Source: Chlamydiales bacterium (lineage in GTDB: Bacteria; Chlamydiota; Chlamydiia; Chlamydiales; FEN-1388). From it: a DNA stretch of 64,000 bases. The stretch's first letter is position 1. The number at the start of each line of letters is the position of its first letter. Position numbers and translations under genes: made by a program. The stretch spans positions 12,425 to 76,424 of the forward strand of contig JBGSSB010000092.1 of the NCBI GenBank assembly GCA_041737255.1, given 5' to 3'. Below are positions 26,919 through 35,792 of the stretch, piece after piece. The notes below the pieces were generated by a model. It did not search any database and was not told the origin of the DNA. It worked only from the letters and a program-made list of their open reading frames with translations.

Positions 26919-27488
26919 CTACGCAGTAAAGCTGTAGAGGAAGGAGTTGCCAAAGCTGCGCTTGTCTTTGAGCTGCAGCCGTTTTAGGGGGATTTGCTCG
27001 ACATCAAAATGTTTGCTCTCTTCCATGTAGAGGCTTGCATTGGCAGCTAAAAGTGGGGATGCGTCTAGATAGAGTAGTACAGATTCTGAAAAAGGGGCAT
27101 GTTCTTTTTTTTGGCTATATGGCGGATCAAAATAACAAAGAGTGTAGGTTTTTTGTTGTTTTTCCAGCTTTTTAAGGGCTGTAAGTGCATCACCAACAAC
27201 AACAGTAGTTGCTCTTTGGAGCTGCAAGCTTTCAATGTTTTTGTGGATGGCTTCAATAGCAAAATGGCTTTGGTCAATAAAGGTGGCGTGTTGAGCTCCT
27301 CTACTTAGAGCTTCAATTCCCATGCTGCCACTGCCTGCGCAGATATCTAAAAAACGGCAATCCTCTACCTCATGCTGGCAGATGTTAAAGACTGCTTGGC
27401 GCATTTGAGAGGTAGTGGGACGGGTTGCATCGCCTTTCGGTAATACCAGGCGCCTTCTGCTATAAAGTCCTGAAATGATTTGAATCAT
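26919..27488 (-). CDS. rsmD: 16S rRNA (guanine966-N2)-methyltransferase
   Basis: 189 aa. SAM-binding motif DICAGSGSMGIEALSRG and catalytic FDPPY motif. Confidence 0.8.
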   Translation of the reverse strand: MIQIISGLYSRRRLVLPKGDATRPTTSQMRQAVFNICQHEVEDCRFLDICAGSGSMGIEALSRGAQHATFIDQSHFAIEAIHKNIESLQLQRATTVVVGDALTALKKLEKQQKTYTLCYFDPPYSQKKEHAPFSESVLLYLDASPLLAANASLYMEESKHFDVEQIPLKRLQLKDKRSFGNSFLYSFTA

Positions 27489-28515
27489 GGCATCCGTACA
27501 TTGCTATGAGCTCTTTGGCTTGTGTTGGATCTAGCGTAAGAAGCTGTTCGTATATTCTGAGTCCTTTACCATGTAGGCCGCGCTTGAAGTAGAGTGTCCC
27601 CAAACTAAAGAGGGCATCAGGATCATCCATGTTATCGCGTAAAACCGCTTCGTATTCAACGATTGCATGTTCTAGCATGTTTAGGCATAAGTAGCACTGC
27701 GCGAGCATTGTAGATGTCCACAAGTCATTAGGGGCATATTCTTTAACAATCAATAGCTCTTCAATGGCAAGCTTTGCAAATGTCTGAAAATTTTCCCAAA
27801 AGAGCTGCCCACTTTTTGGGGAGAGACTCGTGCTATCCAGTGGTGCCTGAAAGTGATCAGAGAGTTCCATGTAGGCAGAAGCAAGTTCTCTGTGGGCAAC
27901 GCAATCTGTTGGACGATGGATAATTTGGGCTACTCTTGTATCTATACTGGCCCTTAAGAAGAGTTCCCTGAAAAGATGTACATCTCGCCAGTGATAAGTT
28001 AAGATGAGCTTTTCTAAAGAGGGCTTTAAGAAGTTAAGAAATTTCGGTAGAAAGCAGTAGTCAATCTTACTTTGCTCTAGCTCTAGTGCAAAAGCGCCTG
28101 CTGGATCACTAAGGGCTGTTGGGTCATTTTTTGCAATGGCGCTATATTGATGTAAGTATTCATCCCGAAGCTGGAGAAGCTCGGCGGGTTTTTGCTCTTG
28201 AAAATAGAGCCTGAGTACAAAATAGAGGACAGCTGCAAAAAAGAAACAGGCAATGAAGATTCCCATAAGGAAGGAATCAGATAAAAAGGAAAAGAAAAAG
28301 CCAAGGCTGATAAGAGAGATGCAGCCAAGACTAAAAAATAGGAAATGAAAAATAAGCTCGCGCTTTACAATACCTTGAAAACAGGCAAGGGCGCTTTTGG
28401 TTAAGCGCTGATACGCCGGGTTGTTGCTAGTAGCGTCAAGTTGTGATTCAGTGGAAGTAGTGGGGATTTTTGCTTTTTTATTTTTTTTAGTTAGTCGTGC
28501 AGTTGCGGCAGTCAT
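27460..28515 (-). CDS. Membrane protein with C-terminal TPR repeats
   Basis: 351 aa with three hydrophobic segments near the N-terminus and TPR-like repeats at the C-terminus (ALFSLGTLYFKRGLHGKGLRIYEQLLTLDP). Overlaps both neighbours. Confidence 0.55.
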   Translation of the reverse strand: MTAATARLTKKNKKAKIPTTSTESQLDATSNNPAYQRLTKSALACFQGIVKRELIFHFLFFSLGCISLISLGFFFSFLSDSFLMGIFIACFFFAAVLYFVLRLYFQEQKPAELLQLRDEYLHQYSAIAKNDPTALSDPAGAFALELEQSKIDYCFLPKFLNFLKPSLEKLILTYHWRDVHLFRELFLRASIDTRVAQIIHRPTDCVAHRELASAYMELSDHFQAPLDSTSLSPKSGQLFWENFQTFAKLAIEELLIVKEYAPNDLWTSTMLAQCYLCLNMLEHAIVEYEAVLRDNMDDPDALFSLGTLYFKRGLHGKGLRIYEQLLTLDPTQAKELIAMYGCHDSNHFRTL

Positions 28516-29432
28516 GAGGCTTGCTGTTGTAGAACTGGTCGTTTACTAAGTTCTTCTTGGTAGAAGAGGTAGAGGCCCGAAAAGACGATAAAGAATGATA
28601 TGTAAAAACTTAATGTAGGCACCTCAGAGTGGAATATCCAGCCAAAAAGGGCAGAAAATAGAGGGGTTGTAAGCCCAGCAAACGACATAAAGGTGGCGGA
28701 GAAACGCTTTAAGAGGTAGCCGTAAAGGTTGTAGGCAATACAATTCGATACGATTATCAAGAAAATAGTACACTCTAGTAAGGGGAGAATGGGTCCATGT
28801 ATCGGTGTGGGATTCCAGTTGTCGGTGAAAAAGGAGTGAGTAAGCCCAAGAGCGCCTCCAATAAGCATAGAAAGGCCATTTGCGCCCATAGGAGAGTATC
28901 CCTCTTCGCTAATAAGCTGTTTAAGCAATATCCATCCATAAACAGAGGCTACAGCTGCACCTATTACGGCAAGCTCTGCCCATGAAAAGATCCAAAGGTC
29001 ACCAGCAAGCTCTTCTTGCGATGTTTTGCTGAGAAGAATAGGAATGAACCCTAAAAAGCCAACAATTAACCCTGTCCATTTTTTGCCAGTCATAGCCTCG
29101 GAGAAGATGAAGTAGGAGAGGAGGGCCGAGAGAAACGGTGATAGACTGTATATGAAACATGTTTTAAAGGACGTTAGGTACTGTAGACCCCAAAATTCAA
29201 AGACGTTTGCAAGGTAAATGTTAAACAGCGCAAGGCCAAATATTTTTTTGAATGTGCCAGGTTTAATGCGAATCGATTCTTTTTTGAAAAAGGCGGCAAA
29301 ACCTAACATAAAGCCAGCTGCAAGCATCATGCGTGCGCCAACTAAAAATAGCGGTGGAGCATACTCTAGCGCTTGTTTAGAAGCGGTAAATACACTCGCA
29401 AATAGGGCATATAATAGTACTACGTAAAACAT
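28512..29432 (-). CDS. EamA/DMT-family transporter
   Basis: 306 aa with about 10 TMs. Its ATGA overlaps the downstream TPR gene. Confidence 0.65.
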   Translation of the reverse strand: MFYVVLLYALFASVFTASKQALEYAPPLFLVGARMMLAAGFMLGFAAFFKKESIRIKPGTFKKIFGLALFNIYLANVFEFWGLQYLTSFKTCFIYSLSPFLSALLSYFIFSEAMTGKKWTGLIVGFLGFIPILLSKTSQEELAGDLWIFSWAELAVIGAAVASVYGWILLKQLISEEGYSPMGANGLSMLIGGALGLTHSFFTDNWNPTPIHGPILPLLECTIFLIIVSNCIAYNLYGYLLKRFSATFMSFAGLTTPLFSALFGWIFHSEVPTLSFYISFFIVFSGLYLFYQEELSKRPVLQQQAS

Positions 29433-29508
29433 AACGTGAAATTATACTCATTTATTGTTTTTTTTGCCAGAATTTTTGAATATTTCAGAGGTGTTGCTCT
29501 ATAAATCA

Positions 29509-29722
29509 CCACTGAGCCACTGAGCTCACTGAGATGTTTGAGAAAAATGAGAAGGCTTATACTAGTGAAAGACAACATGTTAAAGCACTTAGTAAATACA
29601 ATGCTTTAAATAGTATAACAAGTTTAGCAACGCCGTAAAGCGAGCTGATTGTCAACTAATCCTTCTTGCTACCTCAAACCCTCTCAGTGAGCTCAGTGCC
29701 TCGGTGTTTAATTATGCAACAA
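29509..29722. repeat. Family C repeat, interrupted copy
   Basis: 29509-29528 is identical to 61210-61229 (20/20), and 29689-29706 is identical to 61223-61240 (18/18). The two halves are separated by a 160-bp insert. Confidence 0.8.
29529..29688. mobile_element. 160-bp non-coding insertion nested inside the family C repeat
   Basis: Imperfect terminal inverted repeats, ctgagatgtttgag and ctcaaaccctctcag. The 7-bp sequence gagctca is duplicated on both sides (29522-29528 and 29689-29695). The uninterrupted target is visible at 61223-61229. Confidence 0.5.
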
Positions 29723-29796
29723 TGCCGAGCCTAACAGGGGCTTTACCATTTCTTTACACAAAATAGGTATAAGGGACAGAATCTAACGAAATAAGG

Positions 29797-30495
29797 GTGC
29801 TTCCTATGCAAAAGCCAAAGCTTGTGCTAATTGAAGATGAAGAAGATATAGCAGCACTAATAAAGCTGCAGGCAGACATTTCTGGCTACAAGGTTGCTAC
29901 GGCAGTTGATGGACTAAACGGTTTTGACTGCATACAACGAGAAAAACCGGACATCGTGATACTTGATATAATGCTGCCAGGACAAAATGGACTTGATGTA
30001 TGTCGTCGCATTAAGGCACACAATGACTTAAAGCATATTCCAATCATTATGATTTCGGCAAAGAGTGAAGAAACTGACATTGTTTTAGGGCTAGAGCTGG
30101 GGGCTGATGACTATGTAACAAAACCATTTTCGCCTCGGGTGCTATTTTCCCGAATAAAAGCGGTCTTGCGACGAAATCTCGAAGAGGAGAAAGCGCCTCA
30201 GGTGGCCTCTTTTGGTGATTTTTACATAGAATTTGATCGATATATAGTAAAAAAAGGCGATCGGCATATAGCACTTACGCTTTCGGAATTTGGAATACTT
30301 AAAAGACTTGTACGTGCACCTGGAAAGGTTTTAACTAGAAATCAGCTATTGGATGACCTTCACGGCGACGATGCTTTTGTTGTGGACCGTAACATAGATG
30401 TGCACATTGCGGCTCTCAGAAAAAAACTGGGTCCACGTTTTGATTTCATCGAAACAGTGCGTGGGGTAGGCTACCGTTTTAAATCTGATGACTAG
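29797..30495 (+). CDS. OmpR/PhoB-family response regulator
   Basis: The receiver domain has an acidic pocket (IEDEED), phospho-acceptor context DIVILDIMLPG, and S in MISAK and K in TKPF. The C-terminal winged helix ends VRGVGYRF. The start is GTG at 29797 or ATG at 29806. Confidence 0.8.
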   Translation: MLPMQKPKLVLIEDEEDIAALIKLQADISGYKVATAVDGLNGFDCIQREKPDIVILDIMLPGQNGLDVCRRIKAHNDLKHIPIIMISAKSEETDIVLGLELGADDYVTKPFSPRVLFSRIKAVLRRNLEEEKAPQVASFGDFYIEFDRYIVKKGDRHIALTLSEFGILKRLVRAPGKVLTRNQLLDDLHGDDAFVVDRNIDVHIAALRKKLGPRFDFIETVRGVGYRFKSDD

Positions 30496-30657
30496 CAGGG
30501 CATATACATTAGGCTAAGAAAGTAAAAGGTGTAGCAATTGCCTAGTTATAACAGATTTAAACATGATACGCAGGATCCGCTATCGCGGGCAGAATAGGCA
30601 AGATAATAAATCAGACATAACTTTCCCTTATCATTGTAATGAATTTTTCAGAGAATT

Positions 30658-31536
30658 TTATTTTCGGGATTTGATTTTTTCAATTCTTGTTTTGTCGAGG
30701 GAGGCAGCCATGGTTTTGTGCTTTGATACCACAACTTTGCCCTTAGGCATGCGTGGTAGGCGCGAGACATATTTTTGCTCTGATACCAGAACATCAAAGC
30801 TTCCTTGGCTTTGCCTTGCTTTGCTAAAGTAAAGGGCTATCTGAAGAGCGTCATGCAGAGTTTCGGGGTCAATATCTTGTCCCTTTTTTTTGCGTACCAC
30901 CACATGTGCGCCGCTCATAGCGTGAGCGTGGAGCCAAAGATCATTTCCGTGAGCAACCTGAAAGGTCAGTAGGTCATTAGATGCCGCATTTTTTCCGGCT
31001 AGAATTTCAATGCCAGATTCTGAATGAAATAGATGGTATGGAAGCGCTTTTGCGACTATTTTTTTCGGCGTTTCTTGAAGGAGGTTGTGTATTTTATTTA
31101 GCGATTTTAGTTCTTCCAAGGTCGTGATTTCCTGGGCCTTTACTAGAGCTTCTTGCCATCGAGAAACTTCGCCATCAAATTTCTTTAAAAGAGCTTCGAG
31201 AGGGGATATCGCTTTTTTAAGTTTTTGACTTTTGACAAACATCTCTTGGAGCATTTCTTGAGGCGTTGCCATGGGATCTAAGGGAATGCTTACTTCCGCA
31301 TTCTCTTTTTTCCAGTCATTAACTGTAATTGTATCCATCCCTTTTTTTAAAAGAGGGAAGTGTGCTTTAACGAGTTCTGCTAAGTGTTGTACTTCCTCAA
31401 AATCGCGACTTCGATCGTACTGTTCTTGAGCATTTTTAATGGCTTTTGAAATGGATAACAACTTTTTTTGTATTGCCTTTAGGGTCTTTTTTTTCTCATC
31501 TTCAAATTCTGTAGCTTCAGGCAGTGGTGTTGTCAT
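30658..31536 (-). CDS. Coiled-coil protein with a C-terminal NFACT-R_1 (DUF814) RNA-binding domain
   Basis: 292 aa with DLWLHAHAMSGAHVVVRKKKG ... ALYFSKAR ... MPKGKVVV, typical of DUF814. There is no NFACT-N domain. Confidence 0.6.
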   Translation of the reverse strand: MTTPLPEATEFEDEKKKTLKAIQKKLLSISKAIKNAQEQYDRSRDFEEVQHLAELVKAHFPLLKKGMDTITVNDWKKENAEVSIPLDPMATPQEMLQEMFVKSQKLKKAISPLEALLKKFDGEVSRWQEALVKAQEITTLEELKSLNKIHNLLQETPKKIVAKALPYHLFHSESGIEILAGKNAASNDLLTFQVAHGNDLWLHAHAMSGAHVVVRKKKGQDIDPETLHDALQIALYFSKARQSQGSFDVLVSEQKYVSRLPRMPKGKVVVSKHKTMAASLDKTRIEKIKSRK

Positions 31537-32297
31537 AAAAGATTTTCACTTTTTGAAAGAAGGATAAATGATTGTTTCGAAGTTGATTCAAGCTGTCTTA
31601 TGCTTTCAAGTTCGGGGCCAAAATATGTCCAAGCAAGTCCTAGGGCAATGTCCTGAGTGCCGCGTCTAAGTCTTGATACTGATAGCGAAAAGCGCTCTGC
31701 ATGAACTTTTAGATTTACCTCAAGAGCCAGCATGATGCTGAAAGGCCAGATGCTTGTTTCTGGTTTTGAAATAATTAATGAACAGCCTGAGGTGTTATCA
31801 CGTGAAAAGATGGCAGTTTTTTCAATTCTATCAAGACTAAGGTGAAGTTTTTTGATCAGAAACGAGATGAAAACTTCACCTGGGATTTCTTGAATGAGCT
31901 TAAGAGCTTCTATATCATTGCCTACGCTTAGTTGATTAGAGAGTCGCTCGCTAAAATGGTTTTGTTTTGCATCCCAGTAGGTGCAGTTTTGAAAATAGCT
32001 CTCTTTTGCATTAAAAAATTTCATGCGTGCAGAAGCTACATCTGGTGGAATACTAAAAAGTTCAGATGTGGAAAACCAATGAAAAATAAGGCTAACAGAT
32101 AGACCAAAGAATAAAAGTAGGGTTTTCCATTTGACGTTAGGGAGGCGAATTAAAAAAAGAGGAGATGAAGATTCCTCATCTGTAAGAGCCTCTTGCATGA
32201 GATGTAAAGGATCTTGCACCTTCTCATCTGCATCAGCAAAAGAAACGTCAGCGTCTGCGCCTGCTAGTAAGACTTTTTTTTCTCTTTCAGTAACCAT
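31533..32297 (-). CDS. Hypothetical single-pass membrane protein
   Basis: 254 aa with an acidic N-terminus and a TM, WKTLLLFFGLSVSLIFHWF. Overlaps the DUF814 gene by 4 nt. Confidence 0.45.
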   Translation of the reverse strand: MVTEREKKVLLAGADADVSFADADEKVQDPLHLMQEALTDEESSSPLFLIRLPNVKWKTLLLFFGLSVSLIFHWFSTSELFSIPPDVASARMKFFNAKESYFQNCTYWDAKQNHFSERLSNQLSVGNDIEALKLIQEIPGEVFISFLIKKLHLSLDRIEKTAIFSRDNTSGCSLIISKPETSIWPFSIMLALEVNLKVHAERFSLSVSRLRRGTQDIALGLAWTYFGPELESIRQLESTSKQSFILLSKSENLL

Positions 32298-32428
32298 TTA
32301 TCTTACGCAAATAATTGGAATACTACAGGATTACGGCAAAAATACAAGTAAAAAAGAATAAAAATAGGCTTTTTTAGCTAAATTTTTACCTGAGAGTCGA
32401 TGTGATCGAGCAAAAGAAAAGAGTGGTA

Positions 32429-33553
32429 CTAGAAGTACTTTAACAGTTGCTGGACTTTATCGGTGGCTTCCCAAGTGAATGTTGGATCATTGCGACCAAA
32501 ATGCCCTCCCCAGGATGTTTTTTTATAGATGGGGCGCTGAAGCTGCAGTGTAGTTATGATTCCCTCTATAGAGAGATCAAATATCTGGGCAATGGCTTTT
32601 TCGAGCTCTTTTGAAGCTATTGGTGAGGTTCCAAATGTATTAATGGTAAGGGCAAGAGGGCTTTGTTGCCCAATCGCATAATGTATTGTTACCTCAGCAC
32701 GACGCGCCAGTTTTGCTTCGATAATGTTTTTTGCTATGTAGCGTGCAAAGTAGGAAACTGAACGATCAGGTTTTGTTGGGTCTTTACCAGAAAAAGCCCC
32801 GCCACCGTGATGTGCAGATGTTCCGTAGGTGTCAACCATTAGCTTTCTTCCAGTAAGGCCAGTATCGGCACTTGGTCCGCCTTTGGTAAATTTCCCGCCT
32901 GGGTTGATGAGGAATTCAGTTTTTTCGTTGAGAAATTTTGAAGGGATAGTCTCAAAGATTATATCGGCAACAGTTTTTCGAACATCTTGCAGTGCAAGTT
33001 CTTCTTCGTGCTGGACTGAAAGTGTAACGAAAGGAACAAAAAGAGGGCAGATGCCATTATAGGATACACCTACAAGGACTTTGCCATCTGGTCCTAAAGT
33101 AGGGCGATGAGTGTGTATGGCATGCATGAGCTTATGAGCTAATACTGTGGGCAAGGGCATGCGCTCATCTGTTTCATCGGTGGCATAGCCAACCATAATG
33201 CCTGCGTCGCCGGATTGTATGGTTTTATCTTTTAAAACTGCATCAGCGATGTCTGTTGACTGCTGTGATATTTGAAGCACAGTTTTACAAGTTTGTACAT
33301 CAAATCCCTTTTGCTTTGATGTGTAGCCAATATCTACTAAGACATTTTTAGCTACTTGTTCTAGATCAACAGTTGCGTGGCTTGTAATTTCTCCAGCTAA
33401 GAAGAGCGTTTCATGGCTAAGAACGCACGTGATGTCAACACGAGCTTCAGAATCTTGTGTTAGATAGGCATCGAGTATAGCATCGGAAACTTGGTCTGCG
33501 GCTTTGTCTGGATGGCCTATGGCAACAGATTCTGCACTAACAAGTGATGTCAT
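32429..33553 (-). CDS. metK: S-adenosylmethionine synthetase
   Basis: 374 aa. Motifs GHPDKAADQVSDAILDA, GDAGIMVGYA and GGGAFSGKDPTKPDRS. Confidence 0.9.
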   Translation of the reverse strand: MTSLVSAESVAIGHPDKAADQVSDAILDAYLTQDSEARVDITCVLSHETLFLAGEITSHATVDLEQVAKNVLVDIGYTSKQKGFDVQTCKTVLQISQQSTDIADAVLKDKTIQSGDAGIMVGYATDETDERMPLPTVLAHKLMHAIHTHRPTLGPDGKVLVGVSYNGICPLFVPFVTLSVQHEEELALQDVRKTVADIIFETIPSKFLNEKTEFLINPGGKFTKGGPSADTGLTGRKLMVDTYGTSAHHGGGAFSGKDPTKPDRSVSYFARYIAKNIIEAKLARRAEVTIHYAIGQQSPLALTINTFGTSPIASKELEKAIAQIFDLSIEGIITTLQLQRPIYKKTSWGGHFGRNDPTFTWEATDKVQQLLKYF

Positions 33554-34326
33554 GAGAATGAAACTCTTTGAACATTGGCAAGGGAAATGCCTAAAAATGC
33601 TTCACCTATAGATTTAAAGCGCTCAGGGTCATCTGATACAAAAAATCGAGGGTCGCATCTTGGGCTTTCTTTTAGCTTAAGTCGTGCCAGATTGTCAGTA
33701 AAAGTTTTGGCAGGGTTGACAAGTTGCACGTGATCGCCCATTTCTTGTTGGATTGTTACTGCTAAAAGGGGGTAATGGGTGCATCCCAAAAGGAGAGTAT
33801 CGATGTTTTTTCCTTTAAGTGGCGCCAAAGTTTCTTTTACAACGAGGCGTAAAATTTCAGGGCTTGTTATTTGCTCTTCAATCAAGGAAACAAATAGCGG
33901 GCAGGCACAGGCTGTAATCGTAGCATCAGGCATGCGTGCTAAAAGTTCTCTTTGGTACATGCCGGAGGCTATGGTAGCTCGCGTGCCAATCACGCCAATG
34001 TGCTTATTTGTTGTGGATGCTATCACCTTTTCTACGGCAGGTTCAATTACTCCTAAAACAGGGATGCTAAGTGTTGCCTGAAGTGTGCTTAAAGCAAGAG
34101 AGGTGGCGGTATGACAGGCTACAGCTATTAGCTCAACGCCTTGATCAAGAAGAAAGGTGCTATTTTCGATTGAATAGCGAATGATAGTTTCTTGGCTTTT
34201 ACCCCCGTAGGGAAAACGGGCTGTGTCGCCAAAGTAGACGTAGGACTTATCAGGCATTGAGGCTATAAGTTCTTTTAAAACAGTAAGCCCTCCGACACCT
34301 GAATCAAACAACCCTATTTTTGTCAT
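33550..34326 (-). CDS. murI: Glutamate racemase
   Basis: LFDSGVGGLTV, catalytic-Cys contexts VACHTA and LGCTHYP. The ATG at 34326 is preceded by a GAGGT Shine-Dalgarno sequence; the track ORF begins at the TTG at 34341. Its stop overlaps the metK start (ATGA). Confidence 0.85.
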   Translation of the reverse strand: MTKIGLFDSGVGGLTVLKELIASMPDKSYVYFGDTARFPYGGKSQETIIRYSIENSTFLLDQGVELIAVACHTATSLALSTLQATLSIPVLGVIEPAVEKVIASTTNKHIGVIGTRATIASGMYQRELLARMPDATITACACPLFVSLIEEQITSPEILRLVVKETLAPLKGKNIDTLLLGCTHYPLLAVTIQQEMGDHVQLVNPAKTFTDNLARLKLKESPRCDPRFFVSDDPERFKSIGEAFLGISLANVQRVSFS

Positions 34327-34346
34327 AGTAACCTCGATCAAAACCC

Positions 34347-34979
34347 TTAGGGGATCTGTAGTTTTTGTCCGGGATAGATAATGTCTTTTGAGAGATTATT
34401 TTCTTTTTTGATTGCATCAATGGTAGTACCATGCGCTTTTGCAATTTTATCAAGCGTGTCGCCTGATTTTACGTGGTACATACCGTTAGAATCTATAATG
34501 CTGTCGCTGGCTTTTGTCTGCAAAGCTGTGGCAATGTGTCGTAGAGCAGTTTCCAGCTCTTTAATTTGACGAGCCTGTAAAGAAGTAATCTCTTGTTGCT
34601 CGGCAAGGGTTTTTTGGATTTCTTTAAAGCTGCTTGATGTTTCGTTTGCGTGCTTTTTGAACTGCTTTAAATCCGAGACTAGCTTGTCGATGTTTTTTTC
34701 CATGCCCTTTAGTTTTGTACTTACTTCCGCACCAGTAGATTTTTGCGATTCCTTGGCGGCTTTAATAAGTGAAGAGACCTCATTATGCATGGAGTCTAGG
34801 GTAGATTCTTGATTTTGTATTTTTTGCTTGAGGTAGGCGAGTTCTTTATCCTGATTGCTGATATTGTAGCTCATGTTTTGTACAGAGCGATTAAGGCTTT
34901 GTATGGAAGTTGTAGGAGCCTCTGCGAAGAGGCTTCCTACTAAAAGAAGAGAGCTGCAAGCAACAAGGTATGTGCGCAT
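34347..34979 (-). CDS. Secreted coiled-coil protein with a C-terminal LysM domain
   Basis: 210 aa. Signal peptide, roughly 130 aa of heptad-like sequence, then LysM ([43 protein letters not shown]). It starts 3 nt after pal. Confidence 0.75.
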   Translation of the reverse strand: MRTYLVACSSLLLVGSLFAEAPTTSIQSLNRSVQNMSYNISNQDKELAYLKQKIQNQESTLDSMHNEVSSLIKAAKESQKSTGAEVSTKLKGMEKNIDKLVSDLKQFKKHANETSSSFKEIQKTLAEQQEITSLQARQIKELETALRHIATALQTKASDSIIDSNGMYHVKSGDTLDKIAKAHGTTIDAIKKENNLSKDIIYPGQKLQIP

Positions 34980-34982
34980 AGC

Positions 34983-35684
34983 TTAGTTTTTCTCGTATAC
35001 TTTGAATTGACCACGACGGTTTACTTGCCAGATTTCTTCGCCATCACCTTCAATAATTGGGCGTTCTTTTCCGTAGGATACTGTAAAGATGCGATCGTAT
35101 ACTACGCCTTCTTTAATCATCATATTACGTATAGCATTAGAACGGTTTGCTCCAAGTGCAAAGTTGTAGGCAGCAGGACCGCGGCTATCACAGTGGCCTT
35201 CTACAAAAACGTAGACGCGTGGGTGGTTTTTAAGCCAGTCTGAAATTTGCATGATTGTCGCGATATTCTCATCACCTTTTACAAGGCTTGAGTTGTAGCC
35301 AAAGCGTATGTGTTTAAAGAGCTCTGCAAGCTCTGGGTCTAGGGCTGGATCATCAAATGATTCAATACCAGGAATTGAAGATCCCGATTCACCCGGAGTT
35401 TCGTGAGCCTGTTGGATAAAGTCAGGGCCACCAACGCGCATGGTTTCTTCTTCAAATCCAATAAATTCAGTTGGGTGATTTTGCATAGATGCTGAATCAA
35501 AATCATCACGAGAGTTGAGCTCACGTGATTCTCCGTGATAGCCAAATGCAGTTTTTACACCGCGGGCTACGTGGCGGCCAGCAGATTGCGTGTCATTCCA
35601 GACATCATCGCTGGATCTTTGACAGCTAACAGTAAAGGATACGGCTGCTAAAAGCAGCATAGCACGAGCTAAAAGCCTATTCAT
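34983..35684 (-). CDS. pal: Peptidoglycan-associated lipoprotein (OmpA-C family)
   Basis: Lipobox FTVSC and an OmpA-like domain (VEGHCDSRGPAAYNFALGANRSNAIRNMM). Lies directly downstream of tolB. Confidence 0.85.
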   Translation of the reverse strand: MNRLLARAMLLLAAVSFTVSCQRSSDDVWNDTQSAGRHVARGVKTAFGYHGESRELNSRDDFDSASMQNHPTEFIGFEEETMRVGGPDFIQQAHETPGESGSSIPGIESFDDPALDPELAELFKHIRFGYNSSLVKGDENIATIMQISDWLKNHPRVYVFVEGHCDSRGPAAYNFALGANRSNAIRNMMIKEGVVYDRIFTVSYGKERPIIEGDGEEIWQVNRRGQFKVYEKN

Positions 35685-35792
35685 ACTTGCCTCAGAATGG
35701 TTGCAAATTAAAACCGTAGGTCAGTCTATCATACTTGCAATTATGGGTGTAGGGTTTTTATATAGCTAAAATCATCGAATTTTGCGGCGAAT

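Noticed and set aside
30563-30832. 89-aa plus-strand ORF in and beyond the convergent intergenic region
   Set aside because: It overlaps the 3' end of the DUF814 gene on the opposite strand and has no motif or ribosome-binding site.
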